Source: Phoronis australis (lineage: Eukaryota > Animalia > Phoronida). Taken from it: a stretch of DNA of 64,000 nucleotides. The notes under the pieces were generated by a model, which saw only the letters and a program-made list of their open reading frames with translations, searched no databases and was not told the origin of the DNA. Of this stretch, positions 27,201-40,834 are shown piece after piece. Position 1 is the first letter of the stretch; every line of letters starts with the position of its first letter. Where the stretch lies: assembly GCA_002633005.1 (NCBI GenBank), contig NMRA01000095.1, forward strand, positions 631,108 to 695,107. Reading direction: 5' to 3'. A program made the position numbers and the translations under genes.

Positions 27201-28642
27201 GTGTTCATAACGTGTATGACCTAGGCTTGTCCCTTCCCTGTTTATGCCTAGATTCTCTCTGACATGCCTCAACACATAGCTGTAGATAGTATGAAAATAA
27301 GACAGATGTGGGCTGCTGTACTAGGAAGACATATTTGGCAATATTCACAATGCTTGCTAGCTATCCCTTCTGTCCTAATGCCTAGTTGATCTTCCTCTCT
27401 CCATAAATATGGGACAAGTATGTCATGGTGTATTATTGTCTTGACAGTTGGTCAGGGTTGTCAATCATCAGTTCACAAGGCCACCCTATGGTGGTGTCTG
27501 ATAGTTCCTCTGTGTGAACATATCTGTGATATCAGTGGGGGAGTGTCTACATGTCAGCAACCCTCCTCTGGTATATATGGCAGATAGTGATATAGGCCAC
27601 CAGAGGCATGCTAGTCACCAGCTACTGTCTGCTCTGCTGGTCTTCTGGATCTCCAATAGTCTCACTCTTGACTATTTAGAAATTCAAGAATACAACATGA
27701 CATGGTGAAAGTCATGTACAAACAAGTTGTGATGAACTACTTATAAAATATTGATCTGACTAGCATAAATTATTTACTGTGAATCTTTTGTTGTGGTCAC
27801 TGATATTTGCTGTGTGAATGAGCCTGTTCATTTCAAGAGAAGTACCAACAGCGATGACATTCGTTAAGTAAACATGGTACATTATTAGACTAAAAAAATC
27901 TGTCCTTGTCTTACAGTGTTTTGAAAACAACAACATGAACCAATTTGATTTGGTCAAATTCAGTGTATCGGAATCTTTTTGGACTACGATTATGTCTCGG
28001 CAAAATAGAATTTAAAAAGTTAGAGCTGTTACTGGTTTGCTATAATTTTTTTCTCTTTTTGTTCGTGCATAGGCTAGAGGTTGCAATGACATTGAAGTTT
28101 ACAAAAAGCATGTAACTTGTGTAAACGTATAGGCCTATTGTATTTTGTTGAAATCAGACACAAGATGGTGCTTTGAAAGTAATTATTTCTTGACTTTTCG
28201 ATTCACTGTCTTGAAAACATTTCTCCTGAAATTTGGAAGTATGTCATCCATTCCTCACGGGTTTTGTAGTTTTCCTGTAACGTCACTACGGTAACCACCA
28301 CGTTTTTGTTCGAAAACGGCAAGAAAGTTGTGGTGGAGATGTGTTGTTCATGTGTCCCTGTGACTTGTAGATCAGTGCTACACTTTGTTCTTTCCTACAA
28401 AATTGTTATGTTCAGTGGAGGCCTTGTCACTTGAGATAGTGTGAGGTGCTGAAGGTATGTGATGCGCAATCCTGGTTCAGGCCAGGCTTTGTACTCCAGG
28501 CAAGCAATTGGGTGTTTTGCTACAGTACTCAGCAAATCAGCATTTTCTCATTATGGCTGCATGACAAAATGGTCATCAGCTGTTTATATATGTGGAACAG
28601 TTGTCAGGGTGCGAGTTGTCAGGGTGCGACTTGCTCCGCTTG

Positions 28643-29000
28643 AGTCGCATTTACATGGCATTAGATCGCAAACTCGATCAGCATGTCATTTACACGAAGA
28701 CTGTCTGTGCATGCTTGCATCAACAATAGCAAAGGTCCAAACCATGTGGAATGCCAGCGAATCATACGTCTTCACTCTGTTGCGCAAGCGCATTGAAAGA
28801 TGACCCTTTTTCGCCCTGCCCAGTTGTGTTGAGATATGTAGTTGAAACTAGAGCAACTTATCAAGTCCAACTCGCTCTACCCCTCAAACCGGTGTAAAAA
28901 ATGGTCGCCGCGGTGTTAGCTTACTCCATGTCAGTCGTGTATGCACACACTTGCTCCCGATCTGCTCTTCCGTGTTAGTTGGTCCCGTGTAAATGCAGCT
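28643..29000. mobile_element. MITE with short imperfect TIRs, Harbinger-like
   Basis: agtcgcatttacatgg ... ccgtgtaaatgcagct. Confidence 0.5.
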
Positions 29001-29262
29001 TTGGTTGCCTCTCCTTGAAAATGTAGACAGTCCCTGAAAATGTTCACTTAGGGCAAACACAGCTTCACCTGGTTATCTTTTATGAGATCAAAGGATTTTT
29101 ACAGAAGAACCAGTTCACATAAATCTGGGAGCACAACTGACAGTTGTCTATGTGTTGACATGTGGGCATTCATAACAAAGCTTGAACCCTTTGAAAATTG
29201 GTTTTAGTGACATTTTTGGATTTGTTGGTCACTGAGAAATTGAAGAATAGGTAATATTTCTC

Positions 29263-30196
29263 NNNNNNNNNNNNNNNNNNNNNNNNNNNNNNNNNNNNNN
29301 NNNNNNNNNNNNNNNNNNNNNNNNNNNNNNNNNNNNNNNNNNNNNNNNNNNNNNNNNNNNNNNNNNNNNNNNNNNNNNNNNNNNNNNNNNNNNNNNNNNN
29401 NNNNNNNNNNNNNNNNNNNNNNNNNNNNNNNNNNNNNNNNNNNNNNNNNNNNNNNNNNNNNNNNNNNNNNNNNNNNNNNNNNNNNNNNNNNNNNNNNNNN
29501 NNNNNNNNNNNNNNNNNNNNNNNNNNNNNNNNNNNNNNNNNNNNNNNNNNNNNNNNNNNNNNNNNNNNNNNNNNNNNNNNNNNNNNNNNNNNNNNNNNNN
29601 NNNNNNNNNNNNNNNNNNNNNNNNNNNNNNNNNNNNNNNNNNNNNNNNNNNNNNNNNNNNNNNNNNNNNNNNNNNNNNNNNNNNNNNNNNNNNNNNNNNN
29701 NNNNNNNNNNNNNNNNNNNNNNNNNNNNNNNNNNNNNNNNNNNNNNNNNNNNNNNNNNNNNNNNNNNNNNNNNNNNNNNNNNNNNNNNNNNNNNNNNNNN
29801 NNNNNNNNNNNNNNNNNNNNNNNNNNNNNNNNNNNNNNNNNNNNNNNNNNNNNNNNNNNNNNNNNNNNNNNNNNNNNNNNNNNNNNNNNNNNNNNNNNNN
29901 NNNNNNNNNNNNNNNNNNNNNNNNNNNNNNNNNNNNNNNNNNNNNNNNNNNNNNNNNNNNNNNNNNNNNNNNNNNNNNNNNNNNNNNNNNNNNNNNNNNN
30001 NNNNNNNNNNNNNNNNNNNNNNNNNNNNNNNNNNNNNNNNNNNNNNNNNNNNNNNNNNNNNNNNNNNNNNNNNNNNNNNNNNNNNNNNNNNNNNNNNNNN
30101 NNNNNNNNNNNNNNNNNNNNNNNNNNNNNNNNNNNNNNNNNNNNNNNNNNNNNNNNNNNNNNNNNNNNNNNNNNNNNNNNNNNNNNNNNNNNNNNN
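29263..30196. other. Assembly gap (other N runs: 5638-5652, 50246-50306; single N at 3441 and 32807)
   Basis: Runs of n. Confidence 0.99.
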
Positions 30197-32043
30197 TCTT
30201 ACATAAACCTGTGTGGGTGACTATTTTTTATGGTCTCCAAAATTTTGGAATTGATTTCTTCATTCAATGCACTATTGTGCTGCCACACTTAAAAGCTGTA
30301 TACTGTTGTTAGTCATAGCCTCTAGTAATTTGCATCTTAAACTTTCCACACTGTAGTTATGTTCAATATCCATTTCATAACTGATCATTTAAGACTTGGG
30401 CATTGGAAAGAGTGTTAAAAAACCATCAGTTACAACTGCATTGGCCCACCCTTAGGAAATTTGACTGCTTTACATCAGTCGAAGATAACCTCCGCCCATC
30501 CTTTACATGGTAGAAACCAAACCAAACGTTACCGTTGCAAGGAAAATTTTAAATTTCTTAGTTTTTGTGGTAGGGGAAAGAAAGGGTTGTGCTCCTACAT
30601 ACAAAGTCAGTAACAGTATACTGGTATTGTGTTATATACACTAACAATATACAGGACTGATGAGTGGGTGTCATTGATGAAGTTAGGTGTGCACCTGTAA
30701 TAAAATAAAATAAAATAAAATGAACTGAAAGAAAACACCTGTCTTGTTGTTTTTTGCCGGTGTCTTTATCTTCGCTTTCAATGCAGTGTTGCAACTTCCT
30801 CTTTGCCACATTGTCTCTTTTGTGGGGGAGGTGGCGCTGTGAAAGAATGATGAACGACACGCAGAGATCAGTGTATTGGCATCAGCATGCACGCTTTAAT
30901 TTGGACGTTTGTTACACACATATGGTATAGGAATGAGCCGCAAGCCACAAAGACATTTCTCAATAGATGGTGCAGTATACTTGTACATTTCTCAACAAAC
31001 CAATCATAATATCCGAATGTCGCCCTGTTCTGTTCATCTAGGAGAGCCCTTGGCATACTCCTTATTTCTTGGTTTTTTATTGAGAGCTATTATCCTCACC
31101 TACGGTTATCTAACCAGAAATTCTGCAGTCCATCCTGGACAAGCTTCTTGTGTCTGCCCTGTGTCTGCCCTGTGCCAGCCTTGTGGGTGTGAACTTATGG
31201 CTGCCCCAGACCAGCAAGCTGCCTGAACAGGTTAAGGGTTTAATCATAGTCCTGTTGAAGCTGATCCATTAAGCCCAATTTGCAATTGACTCTTTCTGAC
31301 CAGCTCCACTTGTTAAGCAGTGAATGAGGGTGATGTAATCCCCTGGATCCAGTTTGAAGGGGCTCATAAAAGCATCTATTTACACCTCCTTACCCAGGAG
31401 ACTTCACCTAGTGTATCTTCTCAGCACAGGCTGCAGGGGGCTGAGTTCATTGGTGGAAAGTGAAGCCTTGAACAGGGCACAGGGCCTTACTTTGTGGACA
31501 ATACTGCCAGTATTGATGTATACTGGGGACTTCTATACAGTGAAAAGTAAACATGTGATTTCATTATTTACACTATTGGCCCTATACAAATATAAGCCAG
31601 GCCAATTTCTTTAGCTATGTATTGATTGACAGAGGACAAATACTGAAGGGCTTAGTGAAGACTTGAATTTGAAACTATTAGCTGTTTCAAAGGCCAGGCA
31701 AGCAAGGTGTTTATAGGGGATTTCTCACTGAACTTGTTATTAAATGTCCCATGAAGTGAGACATGTTCTGGGTTGGTGAGACCATCTAAGCTCCAGGTTA
31801 GTTGTACAAATATCTTAGTTGTGTATGTTTGACTGCTAGCGTGTCTGAATGCATTGAATGTTTGTGTGCTAGTCCAGTGAATTGTGATCTGGCTATGGAT
31901 ATGTGTAGTGTATGTCAACAAGTGAACTGTAAGTGTTGGCTCTCTCCCAGTGATCAGATGTTGAATAGTCAATGTCTCCAGGGATGTTGCCATTTTGGAT
32001 GGTGAAGATAGAGGGCAGTAAAGTGAAAGGTCAGATAGTCTTT

Positions 32044-33342
32044 TGTTAGTGTTTTGCGTGGTGATGACACCCAGTGTAGACAACTGTTTACACACCTGAC
32101 AAACAAACCCTGTTAAAAAGAAATCTAAACTATGAGTATTTAGTAGGTAATTTGTAAACATGTGCATTGTGGAACTGTTTTGCAAATATGCTTTCATCTA
32201 TAGAGTAAAGTGTCACTGATTTAAGATACACTATATCAAACATGTGAAATTTTATTTTTTCATCCTTTATGAAAGGTTAGGAGCATCAAGTCAACGCTTA
32301 ATTTTTATATTATATCTTAGCCACCATGAGACAGTGTCTGTAGAAATCATGACAGGTATTCAGAATTGTGTCGGAAGCCTTCGTTAAATCGAAGAAAGAT
32401 CTATTTTGACAAGTATCGAGATTTTTACCACACCGTGTGATAAGTGAGCTGTAGTTGAATAAAAGCTCTGTGCGTCTGCCGTGAGGTGAATTTTAAAGCA
32501 AAATCTGCATCACATTCTCAGGAACTTTTTCTCATGTCTGCTCTGCAATGCTGTAGTATAGTCTGTACTCTACAATACAAGGTACCTAAACTACACGGTC
32601 AACGGACTCATAAACACGACTCACGGACCTGCAAACACCGTCCACTGACTCACAAACACGGGAACGGACTCAAAAACACGATCCACGCACCCAAATACAC
32701 GGGACACGGACTCACATTCACGAGGAAACACGGTTAACGGACCGCCAAACACGGGTCACGGACAAAATGACGATGTCAGCTGACCCAGGAAGCCGATGAG
32801 TCCGTGNTGTTAGTGTTTTGCGTCGTGATGACACCCAGTGTAGACAACTGTTTACACACCTGACAAACAAACCCTGTTAAAAAGAAATCTAAACTATGAG
32901 TATTTAGTAGGTAATTTGTAAACATGTGCATTGTGGAACTGTTTTGCAAATATGCTTTCACCTATAGAGTAAAGTGTCACTGATTTAAGATACACTATAT
33001 CAAACATGTGAAATTTTATTTTTTCATCCTTTATGAAAGGTTAGGAGCATCAAGTCATCGCTTAATTTTTATATTATATCTTAGCCACCATGAGACAGTG
33101 TCTGTAGAAATCATGACAGGTATTCAGAATTGTGTCGGAAGCCTTCGTTAAATCGAAGAAAGATCAATTTTGACAAGTATCGAGATTTTTACCACACCGT
33201 GTGATAAGTGAGCTGTAGTTGAATAAAAGCTCTGTGCGTCTGCCGTGAGGTGAATTTTAAAGCAAAAATCCGCATCACATTCTCAGGAACTTTTTGTCAT
33301 GTCTGCTCTGCAATGCTGTAGTATAGTCTATACTCTACAATA
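32044..33342 (+). repeat. About 534 bp direct duplication (32044-32577 and 32808-33342) separated by a truncated MITE and a single N
   Basis: Copies differ at about eight positions; the duplicated ORFs 31652..32197 and 32776..32961 share the same start. Confidence 0.9.
32578..32806. mobile_element. Left half of a TA-flanked MITE, same family as 40417-40834
   Basis: ta|caaggtacctaaa...cggactcataaacac..., cut off at the N. Confidence 0.8.
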
Positions 33343-36300
33343 GGGGTGCATTCTGTAGACCCAAGATACCCTCGAAGGAAACTAGTGTGATCCCATGCTT
33401 CGGTTGTGATACGAGGTGAAATGACTTGAATGGCCTTGCTTCTTGGCGAGTGTCTTGCATCTATGTAGCGAAGCCTAGCACAGCATCTCTGGTGTTGAAA
33501 TGACAATGGGACCAGTTGAAATGTTTGAACTTCATTTTATTTTAAACTGCGTTGAAAAAAACAAGGCTAGAAGATGGCAGTGAGATGGTGATAGAGTGTA
33601 CAGGGTTGTGCATGGATCACGTAGATTTAGTGTGGCATAGTATCGTATATTCTGGGATAAAGCAAAATCTTGCCAATTTCGGACAAAAATAATTTCCAAA
33701 TTTGACTTTTTCAATTTTCAAAGGCCCACAACATTGTTAATGCGCACATTTTCTCAAAACACTGTTGGATTATAAGTGTGTCCTACTCATGAAGACTGAT
33801 GAAGGTTTTTATTTTGTTCTACCATACTTGTATTTTATGAAGAAAATGAAAACAAAATTTCTTTTGTCCACCATATTGTGTTCTAAGTTGGTGTAGTATG
33901 ACTATATTGAGTTCTTTCAGTGGAGACGATTGTGTTGCACAAGTTGTGAGGGTGTGTGGGGGAGGGTCAGGTATCAGACACCTGCACTACGGTGTAGTAC
34001 ATTTTCCTAGTGTACTGTGCTTTATTACAATGTTCTGGTGTCCTCTGACTAAAGTACATGTGTGCCTGACCACTGACCGCTTTTACCGGGATCATTGTAT
34101 GCAACAGGTTGTCTTCTGAAAATATTACAGTAACCTTAAAAAATTCTTAATTTATGATGTCATTGCTTGCCAGGTGAAAGTGCTTCTGGATTGGTTTCCT
34201 ACAGCCTGGGGTCCTCTTATTACATGGTCTATTCAGTTATGTTCATTGAAACTGCATTTGGTTTTAGGGAAAAACTTTACTTGAATAGCATTTCCTTGGT
34301 TATTATAATTATTATTATATTAAAGCAACATCTTGTCGTGTCTAGTCTCAAAACCCAAGTCAAATTAGACCTTCTAGTCTCAAAATATTCATTACTGCGA
34401 TAAGATCCTATTTCTGTTCAGACGAGAACATTTTCCATTTTTGAATTCGTCATTTAGGATTAAGGTTAACTAATCCCAGTAAACTCTGAAACCTTTGCTT
34501 GGAAACCAGGAATATATTCCAAATATCTAGGAAAGTTATTTTTCTATCAGAAAACTTTGATTTTGCCATGTTGCAACACCATCAATGTAACCCTGACCGT
34601 ACTCAAGTTGAATTCTGGTGATAGTATTGTGGTCGTCCATTATGAGGTTCACATACTGCAAACACGTGGGTCGTCTACACGTCTGGAACAACACAATGGG
34701 ATACCTGCTGTAACATGTGATCGACAATGTACAGACATTTATTGACAGCAATCCTGTATTTACCCTACCAACATGTATATTGTCTTATGTTTGATACAAC
34801 TGAGCCAGCTTTTTGGCATATGGAGGTCAAGAGTATGTACCAGCTTCGAGAGTATGTACCAGCTTCAAACTATTCTAAAAAGGCTAAGAGAGGCGAGATG
34901 AGAGTGGTCGAAGTTTTTTTTGTAATTTGTGTGCTAAGTTTTAGCATCCTAGCGGTCATTCAGTTTGTTCTTTATGATTTTCGGGTGGCTGTATGTCAAT
35001 GAACATTTCTTTTTCTGATGTTCGACATTGAGGCGTGTGATTCTTTATAGAGTTGTTTGTTACATGCTCATTAGGTAAATATGCTATTTCAGATTTCGTC
35101 TTGGCTCACCTGGATTGTTCTGTAAAGCAAATTCAGTGTGAGTTTGCTGAGATCGGTCAAAAACACATTAGTGAATGGCTTGTTTCATTAGTAAACTCGC
35201 AATCGTACTCCTGTGAACTAGCAAAATGGCCGCCACTGTAGTGGTCGGTCAAAGAGGCTGAAATGTTGAATTGTGTGAGAAAAATGCTCATTTAGACAGA
35301 TTGTTTTGGTTCTCTAAGCCAAGATTTCTTGTAGCAACTGTCTTGCCAGTGCCTAGAATCATGGAACCTGCTCTCACATTCTGTTCCAACTGTTCTGGAT
35401 GCCATCTTGTTTGTGGGTGTCATCTTGTTTGTTATCTTAATGTTGATGGTGTTAGTGTTGATTGGTGGTGAGAACTGTAATGTACTTTATACTAGAGGAG
35501 TGGCTTCCTTGACTTAGTCTACCTGGAGCTAACCATTGTGGTCACTATCTGCCTTCATCCTGTGTTATAAGTGGTAGGTGAGTAGGTCACTGTACAAGGT
35601 ACTTTATATAGACCGTGTAGGTGATAGCCTGTTTCGATGTGGTTTTAATTAAGTGTCTGCCTTTCTGGCCACAAGAGTTGAGCTACAAAATGTTCAAGAA
35701 CTGTAAAAACAAGGCTCTTTAGTTGCCCCGGGTGTTGCTGGGAACAAGACGCATGCAGCTACCCAAATATAGGGATATTCCTGAACTGTACCTTTGCGGC
35801 AGTAGTCTGCTTAATGCAGCACTCTACCAGAAATGCAGGATTGTAGTAGAATTATAGTCAATCGGGCAATGTATGATTCGCAGATTTCATTAAAATGACG
35901 AAATTAAATTACTGTTTAAACAACAATGTGTCACTCACAGCCGCAGCTGTGACCGCAACAACCTTGACATTCAAGAGGATGCTACACGAACTAATCATGT
36001 CTGCTGATGAAGCCGTCAAAACTCTGAACTATGGGAGAAGCGACAGCCGACTTTTCTAGAATTTTGGACATCACAAACAGCTCCCTATCGGTGATCCTCT
36101 ACGAGTGATTCCGCAAGCATTGACCCCTGGTGGTCACCAGTGACGGTGATAACGATAACCCAACCAGTGGTCTTCATTTCTTACCAATTATCGACAGTAG
36201 CAGTGATGCTGCCAATGATCCAGCAACCTGTGATCTGGACGTCACAGTGCCTTTTATTTCCATTTCAACTAAGCAATTAGCCCCTGAAAAAGTTCAGCAA

Positions 36301-36778
36301 AACTAGCTGGCTATCATCTATCCATTGCTGTGCGTCAATTCATGACTCAAGCCTGTTCGTAACAACTTTTTGAAAATCGGCCCACTCCTCATCAGCAGGT
36401 GCTCCCAAAGGGTACAGGTTCAAGCCAGGCAAGGGATATGCTTTCAGTAACACAGGTTGGGCCAATGCTTCACTAGCGCCCCCTAGGTGATTTTTAGTTT
36501 CTCATGGTTCAGTGTGGAATTGTGTTATCACATTCCTTCCATGGCATACAAACGAAGCACCAGACAGTAGCTAGCAGGTCATTCCACTCCCAGTGTATCA
36601 GTGGCTTTGTTGATTCCTTCTACCACTGCTTGTAAAGTCAATTTGAAATCTTCTGTTGAAGGTTGAGTAGGCATCCCACCCCTATACCCATTTCAGTTGA
36701 CCACCTGCGTGTGATAAAACAAATGGATTGAAATAAAATGGACTAGTATGATGATATTTGTTGTGTACTCGGCATGTC

Positions 36779-37277
36779 GGTTATGTGGGACCTTATAGAC
36801 AATTCTGAACATTTAGACAAATTTCTACAAAACTCAGTACAGGATCACAGAGAGCAATAATTCCATTTTTAACTTCATACCAATCATTTATTTAGCCATG
36901 TTATCACCTCTTAGTGATAAAATTTATTAAAAAGAAAGGTACAGTTCTGGGATATCCACGATATCAAGGTCATGGCCAAATTTTGTTTGGCATAATTGTT
37001 CATGGTCAAATCTTAAAAAAACATGTTAATAATTTTCTGAAATATTTCATTTTCATTTTATATAACTTTTGAGTTTTTTCATGAAAATAATAATCATAAA
37101 GTCGTATTTTTGATAGGCCCACATGCAAACGTAAGACATTGTAAAGAGAATATTCCAAGCACTGCATAAAGCACAGTATCTGAAAATTTTATGTAAATGC
37201 GATCAGCCATGTCTGAGAACGAAGTTCCGAAGTTAGCCAAGTTTGGACCTTTCTCTAGGGTCCTATGCAACCTTAAC
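36779..37277. mobile_element. TTAA-associated non-autonomous element (Kolobok- or piggyBac-like); short relative at about 38160-38318
   Basis: ggttatgtgggacctta ... ctagggtcctatgcaaccttaa imperfect inverted ends. Confidence 0.5.
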
Positions 37278-40200
37278 ATGCTGTTTATGGTACGCAGTAT
37301 GTGTGTGTCGGAACGTCAGGATTTGCCATATGCTTTGCTTTGTTAATTTTAAGCACTTTATTACGCATGGATGTTGGCTTTGGTTTGGACTTAGTTAGGG
37401 TAAATGCTTCTGTGATCAAAATAAGTCAAAACATATGTGGAGTGCACCTGTCAAGTTTTGTTGTTGCTTTTATATTTGAGTTACCTTTACTTTCCGATCT
37501 TTACATAATTTGCTACAAGTCACGATTGTTTTTGTTTTGCGCACTCTGAAATCAGTGTGAGCATTTTTATGAGTGAAAGTTCACGCCAGGTCGATTGTTT
37601 CATGCGGTTCTTTCTGTGGCTGACCAACGAACAAACCAATAAATATGTCACCCCCACGCTTAGTTATGTAACTGTGGCTCCGCCCTCCCCCACATTTAAT
37701 AAACCGCATTACAGACATTACTCCGACGCACGCACGTACACATGCGCTCACCGAGCTAATAATCAATATTATTGTACACAGTGAAGCATGACTTGAAGTG
37801 ATGGTGTTTTCTGTAATTTCGCCACATGCCACACAGCTTCCTATTGGTCAGCGTTACTTAGCACAAGGTAAAGAAAGTGTACTTAAACATGTCATGCATT
37901 GTGCTATCATTGTCCATAAATAAACAGATCATGCTCAGCTGCACATGACTTATCACCATGTTTGCACTAGGAAGGTACTTAGGTAAGTGTACTCAGTGGG
38001 TTGTATGGTATCTTGAGCGTTTTTGGATGAGGATTGTCTTGTCAGTATCTCAAGGCTGGGTGATATCGAGCTTGTATCTCGGGTCTGCGTGATGACGAGC
38101 TTGTTGATGGTGAGGCCTCTCCATTCAGAGCTCTTGCTGATGACGAGCTGATGGTTAATTTAAGATTATGTAGGACCTTAATGACAAGTCCATCGCATTT
38201 AGCTTAATATCTGCAAAAGTGTAGATTTCGGCGCAGTAAATGTTTACATTCACGTGACGAAGATGACCAATGTTCTAGCTAAATTTTGACATGTTTGTAG
38301 GACCCTACATAACTTCATAACTGACCAACTCATGGGAGGGTATCTCTGGCTTGGTTTGTAACACTTATGACTACTGAATTGCTGTACGTACTTGATTTAG
38401 GGCCTCTGCCAAAACCCATTAGCCAAGAGGACACTACCTGTTCGCATTACTCGATTTTTTGCAAGACTGATGTTAACAATACCCATCAATAATTGTCCTC
38501 AGTGTATATGTGTGTTAGCATGTTGATAGTTGCTTTGAGTCATGTGACCAGTTCTTCTGTTTCATTAGAGGATAGGTCCATGAGGCTATGAAAGTAGTTT
38601 GGATTGGATCCATGTTGAGGGGTGAATTGGGTAAAAGTGATACCGCTCTGCTATGAAAAAAATCTTCGATTTGGGACAAAAATAATTGCTAAAGTTACCA
38701 TAATTCTGTTTTTCAGAGGCTTACCATCTTGTTGCAAATGCTCAAAATTTTAGCGAATGTTGTTTGGTATACAAACCATGATAAAAGCAAAGTAGATTTT
38801 CTGAAAAGTTATTTTTGTTGTCAAGTTTTGACAAAGTAAAATTTCACCTTTCTGCCATGTTGTGTCCCAAACATATCCATTGCTAGGACTTTTCATGCTT
38901 ATAGTTTCCAAGGTTTATAGTTTCCAAGGTGTCTCAATTTTCCTGAGTGCTGACAGACACATTCAGCTCCATTTGTGTCTTCTGCCTTGCTATGGCAGCC
39001 TATCATGTCATAAAAGTCTGGCCTTACTGGAGTCATGGAGAGTTCTTCAACAATATTGATGTTTACAGCTAAGCAGGACTGTTACAGTGTTGTGACCTGT
39101 TCTATAAACAACAAGATCTCATTGCTTCTGATGGTGAATGTGTGTTTCATTACATGACACACACAAATACATCTGCTTATCCATGTTCGTTGTTAGTTTA
39201 CTGTGTCAAAAGGCCACTTGGTGTGCCGACAGTTGGTTAGTTGTTTTGATAGTAAAGATTCAGTGTTTCCCTGCCTTCAGTGCTTAGGTGGCGAGTTTGG
39301 AAATTGGCTCAAGTGGCTGTGAAGTCGTTGGTTTCATTGATGTCTTGGTCTGTGACTCTATGACTTATCATGGCTTCTTGAAGTGGGATGAAACGTTTCA
39401 AACCCACACCACCCTCAACTTTGATGCCTATGCTATTGGACTGAAGAGATTGGGTTTGTGGCAAATAATAGCAATCTATTTGGGAGTTACCATTGTACTG
39501 GCACAACTTGAGAGGTATCTGTCTGGTTATTGTCAAAGTTGTGTGTGTGTGTGTGTGTCTGTTTTACATAAACTCTGTTGTCTGACATTGTTCCCTTGCC
39601 TTAGCAGTATGTGGTGAACCTTTTGTTTGCTTTCATTTTATCTCTGTGTCAATTTCCTTCATGATGCTTCAAATTTTTATCAGTACACACCTTGGATGAG
39701 GTGATCTTAGATGAAGATTTTTGGTTTCAAATGAGAGCGACCTTAGGGTTATCTCTATACAATTTGTCATATTTGAATTCTCAATTTTTCATTGGTTGAC
39801 CAGCAGGCCTTTTTATACTCCAATAATTAATTGACAGGTAATAGGTTGCTGAGCATTGTGGGTAAAGTTTCCTGATGCAGAAAAAGTGTGATCTGTAAGT
39901 GGATTATTGCTATTTTTCGGAATGAGGCTAATCTTGCGTCAAAGAAAAGAGCAATGGATGTCTTAGAGGAGGCCGTGGGTACTGTTTGTTGTTTGTACTT
40001 CTCACCTCAACTGATCAAAGCAGCACCTCTCTTGACACTGTCTTTATCAATATAAACCTGTTGTTTGTTGTATCCCATGTCATACCTTTACTATAGTCCA
40101 CTGCACTCTGCTCCATACAGTGGACCATTGTGTCAGCTGATTTAGGCCCTGTTCAGTAACCCACCTTGATAGTGTAACTGCAGACAATAGACTGCAGGCA

Positions 40201-40416
40201 AGACCACTCCTGGGTTTGTGTATATAGGCTAAAGGCAACAATAGGAATGCACTGGCCTGCCTTTGTTATACTGTATGGGACCAGAGTTATGTTTGACCAT
40301 GCTACTTAAACAGCTGATGGCCAATTTGTCTCCCAGGTCATGTGTTAAATTCTGTCTAGGATTACCCAGTACCAGGATCCTTTGTGACAAATGACCAACA
40401 TCTTCATCATCTGATA

Positions 40417-40834
40417 CAAGGTACCTAAATTGGTTAACGGACTCATAAACACAGTCACGGACGCATGAACGCGACTCATGTACCTGCAAACACCGTTCAC
40501 TGACTCATAAACATGGGGACGGACTCACAGAACATGATCCATTCACCCAAATACGAGGGACATGGACTCACATTCACGATTAACGGACCGCCAAACACAG
40601 TTTACGGACAAAATGTAATGTAGAGTGTTAGCTGACCCAAGAAGGATGAGTTCGTGAACCGTGTTTGGAGGTGCGTTAACCGTGTTTCTTCGTGAATGTG
40701 AGTTCGTTCCCATGTTTGTGAGTCAGTGAACGGTGTTTGCAGGTACGTGAGTCGTGTTCGTGTGTCCGTGACCATGTTAATGAGTCCGTTGACCATGTTA
40801 ATGAGTCCGTTAACCGTGTAGTTTAGATACCTTG
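40417..40834. mobile_element. Full-length, largely palindromic MITE (caaggtacctaaa...tttagataccttg)
   Basis: Long internal inverted repeats (cggactca/tgagtccg, cctgcaaacaccgttcactgactca/tgagtcagtgaacggtgtttgcagg); TA at the left flank. Confidence 0.8.

Noticed and set aside
31652-32961. Duplicated MKAYLQNSS ORFs as tandem genes
   Set aside because: Result of the probably allelic duplication; no protein-like features.
35700-36360. Coding-like composition, possible decayed transposon ORF
   Set aside because: Frequent stops and no recognisable domain motif.
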